From NCBI GenBank assembly GCA_031554725.1, contig JAVBUZ010000058.1, positions 410-64,409 of the forward strand: DNA of 64,000 nucleotides. Reading direction: 5' to 3'. Below, in pieces: positions 1 to 10,088 of the stretch. This DNA is from Lachnospiraceae bacterium (GTDB lineage: Bacteria > Bacillota > Clostridia > Lachnospirales > Lachnospiraceae). Both the position numbers and the translations under genes were made by a program. How positions within the stretch are numbered: the first letter of the stretch is position 1; every line of letters starts with the position of its first letter. The notes under the pieces are model-generated. The model did not search any database. It had not been told where the DNA came from and saw only the letters and a list, made by a program, of their open reading frames with translations.

Positions 1-1
1 T

Positions 2-511
2 TCTTGGACAGTAGCAATGGTTGCGGGAACTATGGCTAATGTTATTATCTTGCTAGTTGGTGATTTGTTATATGACATAAATATGTCTGTGTTTGGCCTT
101 TTACTATCATCGCTAGTTTCGATAGCCTTGGTGAAGGTGCTTCAATTTTTTGTATTTAGTGTGGATTATAAACGAACAGAAAAGGTACAGTTTGAAGACG
201 ATGAGTATTACTACTATGTAAAAGCTGTTCCTAAGATGATGGTAGCAACACCTACCAAAACAGTGAAAAAAATCAATTCACAATTACACACACCGCAGGA
301 CAGACGAAACGTTGTTGGAGATAGAGTGACTTCTCAAAGAACAACAAATACGCGACCAGTAACAACAGAAAGAACAGTAACAACGGAACGAACAGGTTCA
401 AATGCAAGAAGTATGAATAATACAAGAGTGCAGTCAGGACGTAGCGTTACAACTGGAAGAAGTATTTATGTGGATGAGGATGTAAATAGAGAAGATTACG
501 AAGAAATATAA
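2..511 (+). CDS. C-terminal part of a membrane protein with an Arg/Thr-rich tail (function unknown; 5' end outside the window)
   Basis: The frame is open from nt 2, with no stop before the listed Met at 17. Hydrophobic helices are followed by the low-complexity tail QRTTNTRPVTTERTVTTERTG. I recognise no family. Confidence 0.4.
   Translation, partial: SWTVAMVAGTMANVIILLVGDLLYDINMSVFGLLLSSLVSIALVKVLQFFVFSVDYKRTEKVQFEDDEYYYYVKAVPKMMVATPTKTVKKINSQLHTPQDRRNVVGDRVTSQRTTNTRPVTTERTVTTERTGSNARSMNNTRVQSGRSVTTGRSIYVDEDVNREDYEEI
359..394 (+). repeat. Two tandem copies of an 18-nt unit, encoding VTTERT twice
   Basis: gtaacaacagaaagaaca / gtaacaacggaacgaaca, 16 of 18 identical, in frame inside the first CDS. 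Confidence 0.8.
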
Positions 512-532
512 AATATTCAGTAGTGCTAAGTT

Positions 533-1444
533 TTGCAGTCTACGAAGAAAGGTATGACTATTTTTATGCAGTATATTTACCTAGTGCTTGATAATCTACA
601 TATGCGTATGCCGAGTATTGACTTGACAGATGTCATTGAGATATTGATTATTGCTTTTATGATATATCACATTTTAACATGGATTAAAAATACAAGAGCC
701 TGGTCTTTACTTAAAGGTCTCTTTGTCATACTAGGATTTATTCTATTAGCATATAACTTTAAAATGAATACCATCTTGTGGATTGCAAGAAATATTTTGA
801 GTTTTGCTGCCATGACGTTTATTGTGGTATTACAGCCTGAATTAAGAAAAGCACTGGAAGAGCTTGGTAACAAAAACCTTATTCATTCAGTGTTGCCCTT
901 TGATTCAACCAAAATAGAAGATGGAAGGTTTTCAGACAAAACGATTCATGAAATAACAAAGGCTTGTGTAGAGATGGGAAGAGTAAAAACAGGTGCTCTT
1001 TTGGTAATTCAGCAAAAACAGCCATTAAATGATTTTGAGAGAACGGGCATAGAAGTCGATGCTATTTTAACGAGTCAATTATTAATTAATATTTTTGAAC
1101 ATAACACACCATTGCATGATGGTGCGGTTATTGTGCGTGGAAATAGAATTATGTCTGCAACATGTTATCTTCCATTATCAGACAACATGAGTTTAGATAA
1201 GGAGCTGGGAACAAGACATCGCGCGGGGCTCGGAATTTCTGAAGTGACGGATTCTATGACAATTATTGTTTCAGAGGAAACCGGAAAAATTAGTGTTGCA
1301 TATAAAGGGAACTTGGAAAGAGGCGTAGATGCAGAACGACTGAAAGAGTGCTTGGCGACCATCCAGAATAAGAGCGATGAAGACGTAAAAAAACAGCGCA
1401 AATGGAGAGGACGGAATAAAAATGAAAAAGAAACTGTTGAATAA
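533..1444 (+). CDS. cdaA: Diadenylate cyclase CdaA (c-di-AMP synthase)
   Basis: Three N-terminal TM helices precede a DAC domain with the signature motifs HDGAVIV and TRHRAG. cdaR and glmM follow in the conserved order. The listed start is a TTG; the ATG at 554 is an alternative. Confidence 0.9.
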   Translation: MQSTKKGMTIFMQYIYLVLDNLHMRMPSIDLTDVIEILIIAFMIYHILTWIKNTRAWSLLKGLFVILGFILLAYNFKMNTILWIARNILSFAAMTFIVVLQPELRKALEELGNKNLIHSVLPFDSTKIEDGRFSDKTIHEITKACVEMGRVKTGALLVIQQKQPLNDFERTGIEVDAILTSQLLINIFEHNTPLHDGAVIVRGNRIMSATCYLPLSDNMSLDKELGTRHRAGLGISEVTDSMTIIVSEETGKISVAYKGNLERGVDAERLKECLATIQNKSDEDVKKQRKWRGRNKNEKETVE

Positions 1445-2699
1445 TTGGTGGATTAAAATAGTATCTCTTTTTTTTGCGTTTATCCTTTGGTTTGTGGTAG
1501 TTAATATAGACGATCCGGTGGAAGACAAGACATTTTCTAATATAAAGGTAACGCTACTCAATACCAACTTGATAACAGATAAGAATAAGGTTTATCAGGT
1601 ACTTGATGGTACTGGCGTTGTTAGAAGTGTAAAGGTAAGTGCATTAAGAAGTATTGTAGAAGAACTTGATGAAGGTGATATTGTTGCAGAGGCGGACTTT
1701 GCGAATGTGACAGTAAACGACACCATAGAAATTGTATTTTATAGTAATCGATATAACAAAGAAATACAAAGTATTACGGGAAATATCGAAATGCTGAAGC
1801 TGAATATTGAGGATAAGAAAAAAGATGTATTCCCGATCAAGGCTGAAACAAATGGAGAGCCAGCAGATGGCTATATTATAGGAAATGTAAATGTGGATCA
1901 AAACCGATTGGAAATTTCGGGACCTGAATCGGCAGTGTCTCTTGTTAAGAGTGCAATCGTAAAGGTAGATGTTACAGATGCAACGAGTGATATCTCGACG
2001 TATGCAGACATAAAATTATTTGATGCTGATGGAAATCAGCTATCTACAGAAACTTTATCAATGAATGCAGAATCGATACGTGTTGGAGTGCAGGTTTTGG
2101 CGACCAAAGAGGTGCCATTAGAATATAGTGTCATGGGGACGCCAGCACAAGGCTTTATGGCAACGGGTGTAATAGAGAGCAATCCAACCACAGTACGTAT
2201 TGCGGGAACAAATAGCACCTTAGCTGGAATTAATAGTATTGTAATACCAGAAGAGGTATTGAATGTTACGGGTCAGAATGCAGATATGATGACAATTGTA
2301 AATATTAAAGAATATCTGCCAGATAATGTAAGCTTGGTAGGTAACTTTAATGGAAAAGCTGCTGTTACTGTTTACATTGAAAAACAAGAGAAGAGAGAGA
2401 TAGAATTGCCGGTTGATCGTATTCGAGTATTGGGCTTGGGTACGGGCTACGAAGCTGAAATAGACACAGCTCAGACGGAGTATATTGTTAATCTTTTGGG
2501 GCTGGCTAGCCAAGTAGGGGCAGTAAATGCCAATGCCCTGTATGGATATATTCAAATGACGGATGTTTTGGAAGAGGCGAATATAGAAGAAGTGAAGGAA
2601 GGTACCTATCATGCAAATGTAGTGTTTAACTTGGGGCAGAACATTACATTAGAAAATGAATTGAGGGTAACCCTAAAGATTAGTAAGACGGAGGAATAA
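1422..2699 (+). CDS. cdaR: CdaA regulatory protein CdaR (YbbR-domain protein)
   Basis: An N-terminal TM anchor (WWIKIVSLFFAFILWFVV) is followed by repeated beta-rich YbbR-like segments. It overlaps the cdaA stop by 23 nt and sits between cdaA and glmM. Confidence 0.8.
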   Translation: MKKKLLNNWWIKIVSLFFAFILWFVVVNIDDPVEDKTFSNIKVTLLNTNLITDKNKVYQVLDGTGVVRSVKVSALRSIVEELDEGDIVAEADFANVTVNDTIEIVFYSNRYNKEIQSITGNIEMLKLNIEDKKKDVFPIKAETNGEPADGYIIGNVNVDQNRLEISGPESAVSLVKSAIVKVDVTDATSDISTYADIKLFDADGNQLSTETLSMNAESIRVGVQVLATKEVPLEYSVMGTPAQGFMATGVIESNPTTVRIAGTNSTLAGINSIVIPEEVLNVTGQNADMMTIVNIKEYLPDNVSLVGNFNGKAAVTVYIEKQEKREIELPVDRIRVLGLGTGYEAEIDTAQTEYIVNLLGLASQVGAVNANALYGYIQMTDVLEEANIEEVKEGTYHANVVFNLGQNITLENELRVTLKISKTEE

Positions 2700-2703
2700 G
2701 ACA

Positions 2704-4053
2704 GTGGGACGTTTATTTGGAACGGATGGAGTAAGAGGAATAGCGAATGAGGAACTGACCCCGCTTTTAGCAATGCAATTAGGTCAGGCAGGTGCGTATG
2801 TTCTTACAAAAGAAAATGAGCACAAGCCAACAATTATGGTTGGTTGTGATACTCGTATATCAGGCGACATGCTTGCCAATGCACTAATGGCAGGTGCTTG
2901 CTCGGTAGGCGCGAACTGCATTTTTGTGGGTGTGATTCCAACACCAGCAGTAGCATACTTAACTAAAAAATATAAAGTGGATGCGGGTGTTGTAATTTCA
3001 GCATCTCACAATCCAGTAGAATTTAATGGAATTAAATTCTTTGATGGAGAAGGCTATAAGCTTCCTGATGAGTTAGAAGATGAGATTGAAGCACTAATAC
3101 GTTCCAATATGAGTGGTGTTGCATTCCCGACAGGAACTGGAATTGGTAAAATTAAGTATAGAACGGATGCAAGAGAAGAATATATCAATCATGCAATTCA
3201 GTCTGTTAATGTAGAACTATCGGGCGTTAAAATTGTGGTAGACTGTGCTGAAGGCGCTTCATTCTACACATCTGTAGAAGCGCTAAAGGAATTGGGCGCT
3301 GAAGTAGTAGCAATACATAATAATCCAGATGGAACAAATATTAATGCTAACTGTGGTTCCACACATATGGAAGAGCTACAAGCCAGAGTAGTATATGAAA
3401 AGGCAAACCTTGGTTTAGCTTTTGATGGGGATGCAGATAGACTTTTAGCGGTAGATGAAAATGGTAAGATGGTTGACGGTGACCAGATTATGGGTATTGT
3501 TGGAAACTACTTAAAGAATAATGGCAAATTAAAAAAGAATATTATTGTAGCGACAATCATGAGTAACCTTGGTTTCTTTTTAATGGCAGAAAAAAATGGT
3601 ATTAAAGCGGAGCAAACAAAAGTTGGTGATCGCTATGTTTTGGAAAGAATGAAAGAAATTGGGGCTAACCTAGGTGGAGAGCAGTCAGGACATGTCATTT
3701 TCCTAGATGAAAATACAACTGGTGATGGACTACTTAGTGCGTTACATTTATTGGAAGTAATGGTGGAAACCAAAAAACCCCTTTCAGAGCTTGCTCAGAT
3801 TATGGAAGTATTACCTCAAGCACTTGTTAATGCGAAGGTAGCAAATCATAAAAAAGAGCATTATATGGAATATCCGGAAGTGGCTTCTGCAATTGAAAAA
3901 ATAACAGAGAAGTTTGCAGGTGAGGGTAGAGTTTTAATAAGACCTTCAGGAACAGAACCTCTAGTTCGTGTTATGATTGAAGGCAAAGATAAGGTACAGA
4001 TACAACAAGAGGCGGACAAATTAGCAAGCTTAATCCAAGATATTATGTTCTAG
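2704..4053 (+). CDS. glmM: Phosphoglucosamine mutase GlmM
   Basis: GTG start. It has the phosphoserine loop ISASHNP, the metal loop FDGDADR, the sugar loop GGEQSGH and an N-terminal FGTDGVRG. Confidence 0.95.
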   Translation: MGRLFGTDGVRGIANEELTPLLAMQLGQAGAYVLTKENEHKPTIMVGCDTRISGDMLANALMAGACSVGANCIFVGVIPTPAVAYLTKKYKVDAGVVISASHNPVEFNGIKFFDGEGYKLPDELEDEIEALIRSNMSGVAFPTGTGIGKIKYRTDAREEYINHAIQSVNVELSGVKIVVDCAEGASFYTSVEALKELGAEVVAIHNNPDGTNINANCGSTHMEELQARVVYEKANLGLAFDGDADRLLAVDENGKMVDGDQIMGIVGNYLKNNGKLKKNIIVATIMSNLGFFLMAEKNGIKAEQTKVGDRYVLERMKEIGANLGGEQSGHVIFLDENTTGDGLLSALHLLEVMVETKKPLSELAQIMEVLPQALVNAKVANHKKEHYMEYPEVASAIEKITEKFAGEGRVLIRPSGTEPLVRVMIEGKDKVQIQQEADKLASLIQDIMF

Positions 4054-4144
4054 GAAACATTGCGATTGAAGTATAGTTGGACTTGAGATATTTGTGGAAA
4101 AATGGTATAGTGATATTAGCGCAAAGGAATTGGAGGTAAGGCAT

Positions 4145-4408
4145 ATGGTAAGCCAGAAGGTTGTTGTAAAAAATCCAACAGGACTACATTTAAGACCAGC
4201 AGGGATTCTTTGTAAGGAAGCTATGAAATATAAATCTCTTATTACATTTATGTTTCGCGATAGCACCGCAAATGCAAAAAGTGTTCTTAGCGTATTAGGT
4301 GCATGTGTAAAGAGCGGCGATGAAATCGAACTTTGCTGTGATGGAGACGATGAAGAAACTGCACTACATAATTTAGTGGAATTAATTGAAAGCGGACTTG
4401 GTGAATAA
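4145..4408 (+). CDS. HPr-family phosphocarrier protein
   Basis: It has the active-site context NPTGLHLRPAG (His15 equivalent) and AKSVLSVLGA (Ser46 equivalent). The ATG at 4145 has GGAGG 7 nt upstream; the listed GTG at 4094 would add 17 unrelated residues. Confidence 0.75.
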   Translation: MVSQKVVVKNPTGLHLRPAGILCKEAMKYKSLITFMFRDSTANAKSVLSVLGACVKSGDEIELCCDGDDEETALHNLVELIESGLGE

Positions 4409-4423
4409 TGATATAAATCTAAC

Positions 4424-4450
4424 AGCCCATCTACGATGGGCTTGTTTTTT
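4424..4450 (+). terminator. Rho-independent terminator after the HPr-like gene
   Basis: AGCCCATC-tacg-GATGGGCT (8-bp stem, 4-nt loop) followed by G and T6. Confidence 0.8.
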
Positions 4451-4474
4451 AGACATAAAAAGAAGGAGAATGTA

Positions 4475-6148
4475 ATGCTTAACTATCAAAGATATCAAAA
4501 GAAGCCAGTGGTGGAATATCCACAGAGAAAGTGGCCAACTAGAGAAATCACAAAGGCACCAGCTTGGTGCAGTGTAGATTTAAGAGATGGAAATCAAGCA
4601 CTAATTGATCCCATGATTGTGGAAGAAAAAGTGGAAATGTTTGAATTTTTGGTGGCTTTAGGATTTAAAGAAATCGAAGTTGGATTTCCAGCTGCAAGTC
4701 AAATTGAATTTGATTTTTTAAGACAGCTAATTGATAGGAGACTTGTGCCAGATGATGTAAAGGTGCAGGTTTTAACTCAGTGTAGAAAAGAGCTTATTGA
4801 AAGAACCTTTGAATCCATAGAAGGCTGTAAACAGGCTGTTGTTCATATCTATAATTCTACATCGACCTTACAACGCGATGTGGTTTTTGGCATGGATAGA
4901 GAACAGATTGTGGATATTGCAGTACAAGGAACTAGAATGGTTAAAGAGCTTGCGGCTAGCTTTCCAGGAGAAATTACCTTGGAATATTCTCCAGAAAGTT
5001 TTACGGGAACAGAGCTTGATTTTGCGCTAGAGATTTGTAATGCCGTGCAGAGAGAATGGGGAGCAACACCTAAAAACCCAATTATATTTAATCTACCATC
5101 GACAGTGGAAATGAATACACCAAACGTATATGCAGACCAGATCGAATACATGATCGAAAATTTTGAAAATAGGGAAAGCATTATTGTTAGTGTACATCCA
5201 CATAATGATAGGGGAACTGGTGTGGCTAGTGCAGAGCTAGCGCTTCTTGCTGGTGCAGATAGGGTAGAAGGGACACTGTTTGGCAATGGCGAAAGAACTG
5301 GAAATGTAGATATTTTAAATATAGCCTATAATATGTTTTCTCAAGGGATTGATCCAGAGCTTCATATTGAAAAAGTAAATGAAATTGTAGAAATATATGA
5401 GAGATGTTGTAAATTGCCAGTTCATCCAAGGCATCCTTATGCTGGAAAGTTAGTGTTTACAGCATTTTCAGGATCACATCAAGATGCTATTAATAAAGGC
5501 GTTCGGGCAATGAAGGAAAGAGACTCCCAGTATTGGCAGGTGCCATATCTCCCAATAGACCCAGCGGATATAGGTAGAGAATATGAGCCAATTGTAAGAA
5601 TTAACTCCCAATCGGGAAAAGGTGGAGTTGCCTTTGTTATGGACAATTACTATGGATTTAAGCTTCCCAAAGGAATGCATAAGGAATTTGCCAATGTGAT
5701 TCAGGATATATCCGAAAAGCAGGGTGAGGTTTCTCCAGAAGAAATCATGGAATGCTTTAAAAAGGAATATCTAGATCAAAAAGAACCAATTCACTTTAAG
5801 AAGTTGCAGGCTGACGATTTGAGTGAAGAAATAAATGGTGAATTTGATACAAGGGTACGAGTGGCTTATACCAAGAGTGGGGAAGAACGAAACTTTGAGG
5901 CAGTTGGTAATGGACCAATTGATGCTGTGAAAAGAGGTCTTTGTGATAACCTAGATTTAGAGATTAAGATTTTAGACTATGAAGAGCACGCTTTACAAAG
6001 TGGTTCTAACTCCCAAGCAGCAGCGTATATCCACCTGCTTGATGCCCAAACGGGAAGAGTGACCTACGGCGTAGGGGTAAGCTCTAATATAACAAGAGCT
6101 TCCGTTAGAGCAATTTTTTCGGCTATAAACAGATTAAAATTAGGTTAA
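4475..6148 (+). CDS. leuA: 2-isopropylmalate synthase, long (LeuA type 2) form
   Basis: It has the motifs WCSVDLRDGNQ and HPHNDRG plus a C-terminal LeuA dimerisation/regulatory region. The ATG at 4475 has AAGGAG 6 nt upstream. The listed start at 4436 lies inside the upstream terminator hairpin. Confidence 0.85.
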   Translation: MLNYQRYQKKPVVEYPQRKWPTREITKAPAWCSVDLRDGNQALIDPMIVEEKVEMFEFLVALGFKEIEVGFPAASQIEFDFLRQLIDRRLVPDDVKVQVLTQCRKELIERTFESIEGCKQAVVHIYNSTSTLQRDVVFGMDREQIVDIAVQGTRMVKELAASFPGEITLEYSPESFTGTELDFALEICNAVQREWGATPKNPIIFNLPSTVEMNTPNVYADQIEYMIENFENRESIIVSVHPHNDRGTGVASAELALLAGADRVEGTLFGNGERTGNVDILNIAYNMFSQGIDPELHIEKVNEIVEIYERCCKLPVHPRHPYAGKLVFTAFSGSHQDAINKGVRAMKERDSQYWQVPYLPIDPADIGREYEPIVRINSQSGKGGVAFVMDNYYGFKLPKGMHKEFANVIQDISEKQGEVSPEEIMECFKKEYLDQKEPIHFKKLQADDLSEEINGEFDTRVRVAYTKSGEERNFEAVGNGPIDAVKRGLCDNLDLEIKILDYEEHALQSGSNSQAAAYIHLLDAQTGRVTYGVGVSSNITRASVRAIFSAINRLKLG

Positions 6149-6154
6149 TAAAAA

Positions 6155-6189
6155 AGGTCGCTAGCAATGTATCAATGTGCTAGCGACCT
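6155..6189. terminator. Hairpin between the convergent leuA and lipoprotein genes
   Basis: AGGTCGCTAGCA ... TGCTAGCGACCT, a 12-bp perfect stem. The flank is A5 on the + strand, which is T5 on the - strand, so it is the better terminator for the - strand gene. Confidence 0.7.
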
Positions 6190-6206
6190 ATTAAAATTAA
6201 AGATTT

Positions 6207-7367
6207 TTATTCGTAAAGAACATTTCTTCCATCCTGAGCAATTGCAATATATGTCTTGCCTGGATTCAACTGAATTTCATTTCCGTTATCATCATAATAT
6301 CTTGTTGGGCCATAATCGCTAGTTTTTTTCCAAGTAATGTGGATGCCTTTTCCCTGTGTGAAATAGTAACCATCACGTGTAGAATCAATACACTGGAATA
6401 CAAGGTATTTGTTGTCTGGGCGATACTCCCAATAGGTATTTTGTACAATAACATTTGTAAAGGATAACTGCTCGTCGGTTAAGACATCAGTTTGTTTGTT
6501 TCCGTATAGGAATTTGTAATATACACCTTTTTCTTCATCATAAGTTAAAGATGAACGAGTAGTGGTGAAAATTTTTGATAAGTCAATTTTTGTAGCACTA
6601 AATGAACCGGGAGCATTCTCTAAAGTATTTGGCTCAGCAATAGTTGCAAAATTGAAATGATTTGATTCGTAGTAAGCATCTCGATGATCTACAGAATATC
6701 CTAACGTTTTTATGGTAGAAGTTAACTTTTCACCATTGGTGTAGCCATTGTGAATTGTAGGATTCTTTGGATCGCTACGGTAAAATGCTTGATTTCCTGT
6801 AGCAGGAGCTTCTTTGGTTTTAACACCTACAGAAACGGCAGTTAAGTTGTCAAAATCAGAACGAGTAACAACATCAACTAAATAAAAAGGACCGCCCCAG
6901 TGAACAAAAAATGCATCCCATTCCATGGACCAGTAAGCATAATAGTCACGAGCGCTTCTGATATTACCTATTTGAGAAAGATTTTGCCATTCTTCAATAA
7001 CGCCCATTTGTCGAGACATTTCACCTTCTTCCATACATTCGTATAGAATACCGGCATGACCGATAGCGTATTGTGGCTGAGAACCCTTATCGGTTGGAAA
7101 CATTACTGCAATTGGTCTAGCATTAGCAACTTCTTCATCTACCCATAAACCAGTTAAAGCACTATGAACCATTCCAGCAGCAGGAGCTTCGTCTGTAAGT
7201 GGAACATCAACTTCCGCCTCGGTAGTTTCAGGAGTTACTTGTGATTCCACAATAGGCTCTCCGAGATCAGCAGGGTGTATGACTTCGCTTGGTTCTTCTT
7301 TACCACAACCACCAAGTAAAAGAGTACTGGTTAGGGCGAGTAAAAAAAGAATTTTTGTTTTTTTCAT
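6207..7367 (-). CDS. DUF3048 (YerB-like) lipoprotein
   Basis: It has a signal peptide with lipobox LLGGC. LTGLWVD, RPIAVMF, SARDYY and FVHWGG match my recollection of B. subtilis YerB. Confidence 0.75.
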   Translation of the reverse strand: MKKTKILFLLALTSTLLLGGCGKEEPSEVIHPADLGEPIVESQVTPETTEAEVDVPLTDEAPAAGMVHSALTGLWVDEEVANARPIAVMFPTDKGSQPQYAIGHAGILYECMEEGEMSRQMGVIEEWQNLSQIGNIRSARDYYAYWSMEWDAFFVHWGGPFYLVDVVTRSDFDNLTAVSVGVKTKEAPATGNQAFYRSDPKNPTIHNGYTNGEKLTSTIKTLGYSVDHRDAYYESNHFNFATIAEPNTLENAPGSFSATKIDLSKIFTTTRSSLTYDEEKGVYYKFLYGNKQTDVLTDEQLSFTNVIVQNTYWEYRPDNKYLVFQCIDSTRDGYYFTQGKGIHITWKKTSDYGPTRYYDDNGNEIQLNPGKTYIAIAQDGRNVLYE

Positions 7368-7442
7368 GAATAATCCTCGCTTTCATTCGCAAAATACATA
7401 GTGTTAGACAATAAAAGTCCAACAAGGGTATTGTAACATAAA

Positions 7443-7473
7443 AGGGAACATTCGTCATTAACAAATGTTCCCT
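7443..7473 (-). terminator. Putative terminator downstream of the PAP2-like gene
   Basis: AGGGAACATT ... AATGTTCCCT, a 10-bp stem. On the - strand it is followed by TTTATGTT, a weak U-tract. Confidence 0.5.
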
Positions 7474-7504
7474 AAAAACTTAATTTTTTACTAATATAGA
7501 CAGC

Positions 7505-7960
7505 TTAGAAAGGTGTTATGAGAAGGGCGATAATAATTCCTAAAATGGCACCTATAAAAACCTGAAGCGGAGTATGTCCAACAAATTCTTTCAATTTTTC
7601 ATAGGGTGGCATATCACTTCCCATATCCTCAAATAACTGTATCATACTGTTTAATACCTTGGCCTGAATACCGGTTTCTCTTCTAACCCCAATTGCGTCA
7701 TACATAACAACAATTGCGAAAATAAGAGATATGGCAAATTCAACACTTCCGGGTCCAAATTCGAGGCAAGTGGAAGTTGCTAAGGCACAAACGGTTGCAG
7801 AGTGAGAACTTGGCATTCCACCACTTCCAACAAGGCGTTCCGCAACAAAGGTTTTGGTAAACCATAAGTGAATCAAGGTTTTTAATATTTGTGCAATTCC
7901 CCAGCCAGCTAAGGCGGAGACTAAAATTTTGTTTTGTAATAGTTCGCTCCAGAAATCCAT
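7505..7960 (-). CDS. Divergent PAP2 family membrane protein (YuiD/DUF212-like)
   Basis: GGMPSSHSATVCALAT and YDAIGVRRETG are typical of the acid phosphatase / vanadium haloperoxidase-related family. It is about 150 aa with 4-5 TM helices. Confidence 0.85.
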   Translation of the reverse strand: MDFWSELLQNKILVSALAGWGIAQILKTLIHLWFTKTFVAERLVGSGGMPSSHSATVCALATSTCLEFGPGSVEFAISLIFAIVVMYDAIGVRRETGIQAKVLNSMIQLFEDMGSDMPPYEKLKEFVGHTPLQVFIGAILGIIIALLITPF

Positions 7961-8013
7961 ATCAAATTCTCCTAAAGTGCTTTTGTATTTTAAGCAGTAA
8001 CCAATGAATTATA

Positions 8014-8859
8014 TCACCATTTGTGTCGATATTCAAGAGGCGTCAGGTTTTCATATTTTTTGAACACTTTAATAAAATATGTGGAGGTTTGAAAACCACA
8101 TGAGGTAGCAATTTCTTCAATCGATTCCGTACTAAAACGAAGAAGAGACTTGGCATGGGATAACCTTGAAATTGTTAAATCGGTTAAAATTCCTACGGAA
8201 AAGAGCTTCTGATACTCTCTAGAAAGGTGATACTTACTTATAAAGAAAAGGGAAGAAATGTCATCTAAAGTAAGCTTTTCCATGTAATTTGTTTTTATAT
8301 ATTCACGAATGTCTAAAAACTTTTGGGGAATGGTGTCACTTAAGTCATTCTGAAAGGTGTCCATAAAAATTTGCGTAATTAAATCAGTCAAATGCTTGTG
8401 GCAATATAGGTCAGACATGGCATTTTTTTGAGCTTGCAAATGGTAAAGTGCCTGTAAGGACTCTATGTATGGCAAAGTAGAGCTTGGGGTATATGTGCAA
8501 GTACCTTCCCTTTCACAATAGGTGCGATAAAAAGCAGGTGCCTCGTTGCCATAAAAATGCACCCACATTAGAGACCACATATCCTTTGCACTACTTTCGT
8601 GGGCATAAGGAGTTTGGCAATCTAACCATACACAATCGCCAGCAGAAACCGGATATTCATGTCCATCAAAGGTAAGTGTTCCTGAACCTTCTAGAACAAT
8701 AAAAAAAAGATAGGATTCCAAACGCTCCCTACGACTGGTATGTGGTTCAAGACTTTTTAATGTACCTACTTCCTGTACGTATAAATAGTGAGAACGAGAA
8801 TAGGAGGAGGGAGTTACTAAAATACGATCTGCCAAAGACGTCTTATTCTTATTTTTCAT
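8014..8859 (-). CDS. AraC-family transcriptional regulator with an N-terminal cupin sensor domain
   Basis: The C-terminus is a double HTH (LTLDDISSLFFISKYHLSREYQKLF ... IEEIATSCGFQTSTYFIKVFKKYENLTPLEYR). The N-terminus is a cupin-like beta barrel. Confidence 0.85.
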   Translation of the reverse strand: MKNKNKTSLADRILVTPSSYSRSHYLYVQEVGTLKSLEPHTSRRERLESYLFFIVLEGSGTLTFDGHEYPVSAGDCVWLDCQTPYAHESSAKDMWSLMWVHFYGNEAPAFYRTYCEREGTCTYTPSSTLPYIESLQALYHLQAQKNAMSDLYCHKHLTDLITQIFMDTFQNDLSDTIPQKFLDIREYIKTNYMEKLTLDDISSLFFISKYHLSREYQKLFSVGILTDLTISRLSHAKSLLRFSTESIEEIATSCGFQTSTYFIKVFKKYENLTPLEYRHKW

Positions 8860-8916
8860 GTGAACCTCGTAATTGTGCTACAGCAATAAAATGCTATTTT
8901 TGAGCAATATAATGTA

Positions 8917-8945
8917 TTGATATTGATATTATACAATAGTATACT
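8917..8945 (+). promoter_or_regulatory. Putative sigma-A promoter for gmd-fcl
   Basis: -35 TTGATA (8917-8922), a 17-nt spacer, then -10 TATACT (8940-8945). The TTGATA hexamer is tandemly duplicated at 8917-8928. Confidence 0.4.
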
Positions 8946-9019
8946 TCAAAACGGAACAGCAAAAATTTACATTGTTTATAGAAAATAAGATGAATTTAAA
9001 ATATGGAGGAAAACGAAAT

Positions 9020-10087
9020 ATGAGACAGGTAGCATTAATTACAGGCGTAAAAGGACAAGATGGTTCTTATTTGGCAGAATTTTTATTGGAAAAGGGATAT
9101 GAGGTACATGGACTTATTCGAAGACACAGTCATGAGAACTTGGACAGAATTGAGCATATCATTAATTCTTCCTATAACCATGTTAAGTTCTTTTTGCATT
9201 ATGGAGATTTAACAGATTCAAGTAACTTGATAAGCATTATATCAAAGGTAAAGCCGACAGAGGTTTACAACTTAGGAGCACAGTCACATGTAGGGATTTC
9301 TTTTGATGTACCAGAATATACAGCTGATGCTACAGGAGTAGGAACACTTAAGCTTTTAGAAGCAATTAGAATTAGCGGTGGAAATTGTCGTTTCTACCAA
9401 GCATCTACATCTGAGCTTTTCGGTGGTTTAGCAGAAAATGCTCCACAAAGCGAAAGAACTCCATTTTACCCTAAGAGTCCATATGGGGTGGCAAAATTAT
9501 ATTCTTACTGGATAACTGTAAACTATAGAGAATCTTATCAGATGTTTGCTTGTAACGGAATTTTATTTAACCATGAATCACCACGCCGTGGAGAAAACTT
9601 TGTTACAAGAAAAATTACATTAGCAATAGCAAACATTATGGCGGGCAAGCAAGAAAAATTATCTTTGGGAAATATGGATGCAAAGCGTGACTGGGGATTT
9701 GCAGGTGATTATGTTAAGGGCATGTGGATGATGCTACAGCAAGAAAAGCCTTGTGACTATGTTCTTGCAACCAATGAAACACACACCGTACGTGAGTTTG
9801 TTGTGGCAGCCTTTGCAGAGGTTGGCGTAGAGATAAGGTTTGAAGGAACAGGAGTTTTGGAAAAGGGCTACGATGCAAAAACTGGAAAGCTTTTAGTTGA
9901 TATTAATCCTGAGTTCTATCGTCCAGCAGAAGTGGAATTCCTTTGGGGTGATGCAAGTAAGGCGGAAAAAGAACTTGGATGGAAAAGAGATGTAGATTTC
10001 ACTAAATTGGTAAAAATGATGATGAGCGCAGATTTGGAAGCAGCTCTTGGAATGAACTCTGAAGAATATCGAGAGGCACACAAATAA
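9020..10087 (+). CDS. gmd: GDP-mannose 4,6-dehydratase
   Basis: [31 protein letters not shown], the YxxxK motif in SPYGVAKLY, and NHESPRRG. The ATG at 9020 follows GGAGGA; the listed TTG at 8972 is less likely. Confidence 0.95.
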   Translation: MRQVALITGVKGQDGSYLAEFLLEKGYEVHGLIRRHSHENLDRIEHIINSSYNHVKFFLHYGDLTDSSNLISIISKVKPTEVYNLGAQSHVGISFDVPEYTADATGVGTLKLLEAIRISGGNCRFYQASTSELFGGLAENAPQSERTPFYPKSPYGVAKLYSYWITVNYRESYQMFACNGILFNHESPRRGENFVTRKITLAIANIMAGKQEKLSLGNMDAKRDWGFAGDYVKGMWMMLQQEKPCDYVLATNETHTVREFVVAAFAEVGVEIRFEGTGVLEKGYDAKTGKLLVDINPEFYRPAEVEFLWGDASKAEKELGWKRDVDFTKLVKMMMSADLEAALGMNSEEYREAHK

Positions 10088-10088
10088 T

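Noticed and set aside
533-4053. I considered the cdaA-cdaR-glmM cluster as a possible signalling system of interest.
   Set aside because: This is the well-known conserved Firmicute operon that links c-di-AMP synthesis to GlmM. Its order and motifs are canonical, and nothing in it is novel.
4436-4474. The ORF track gives leuA an N-terminal extension (MGLFFRHKKKENV).
   Set aside because: The extension starts inside the right arm and T-tract of the 4424-4450 terminator. A good RBS precedes the ATG at 4475.
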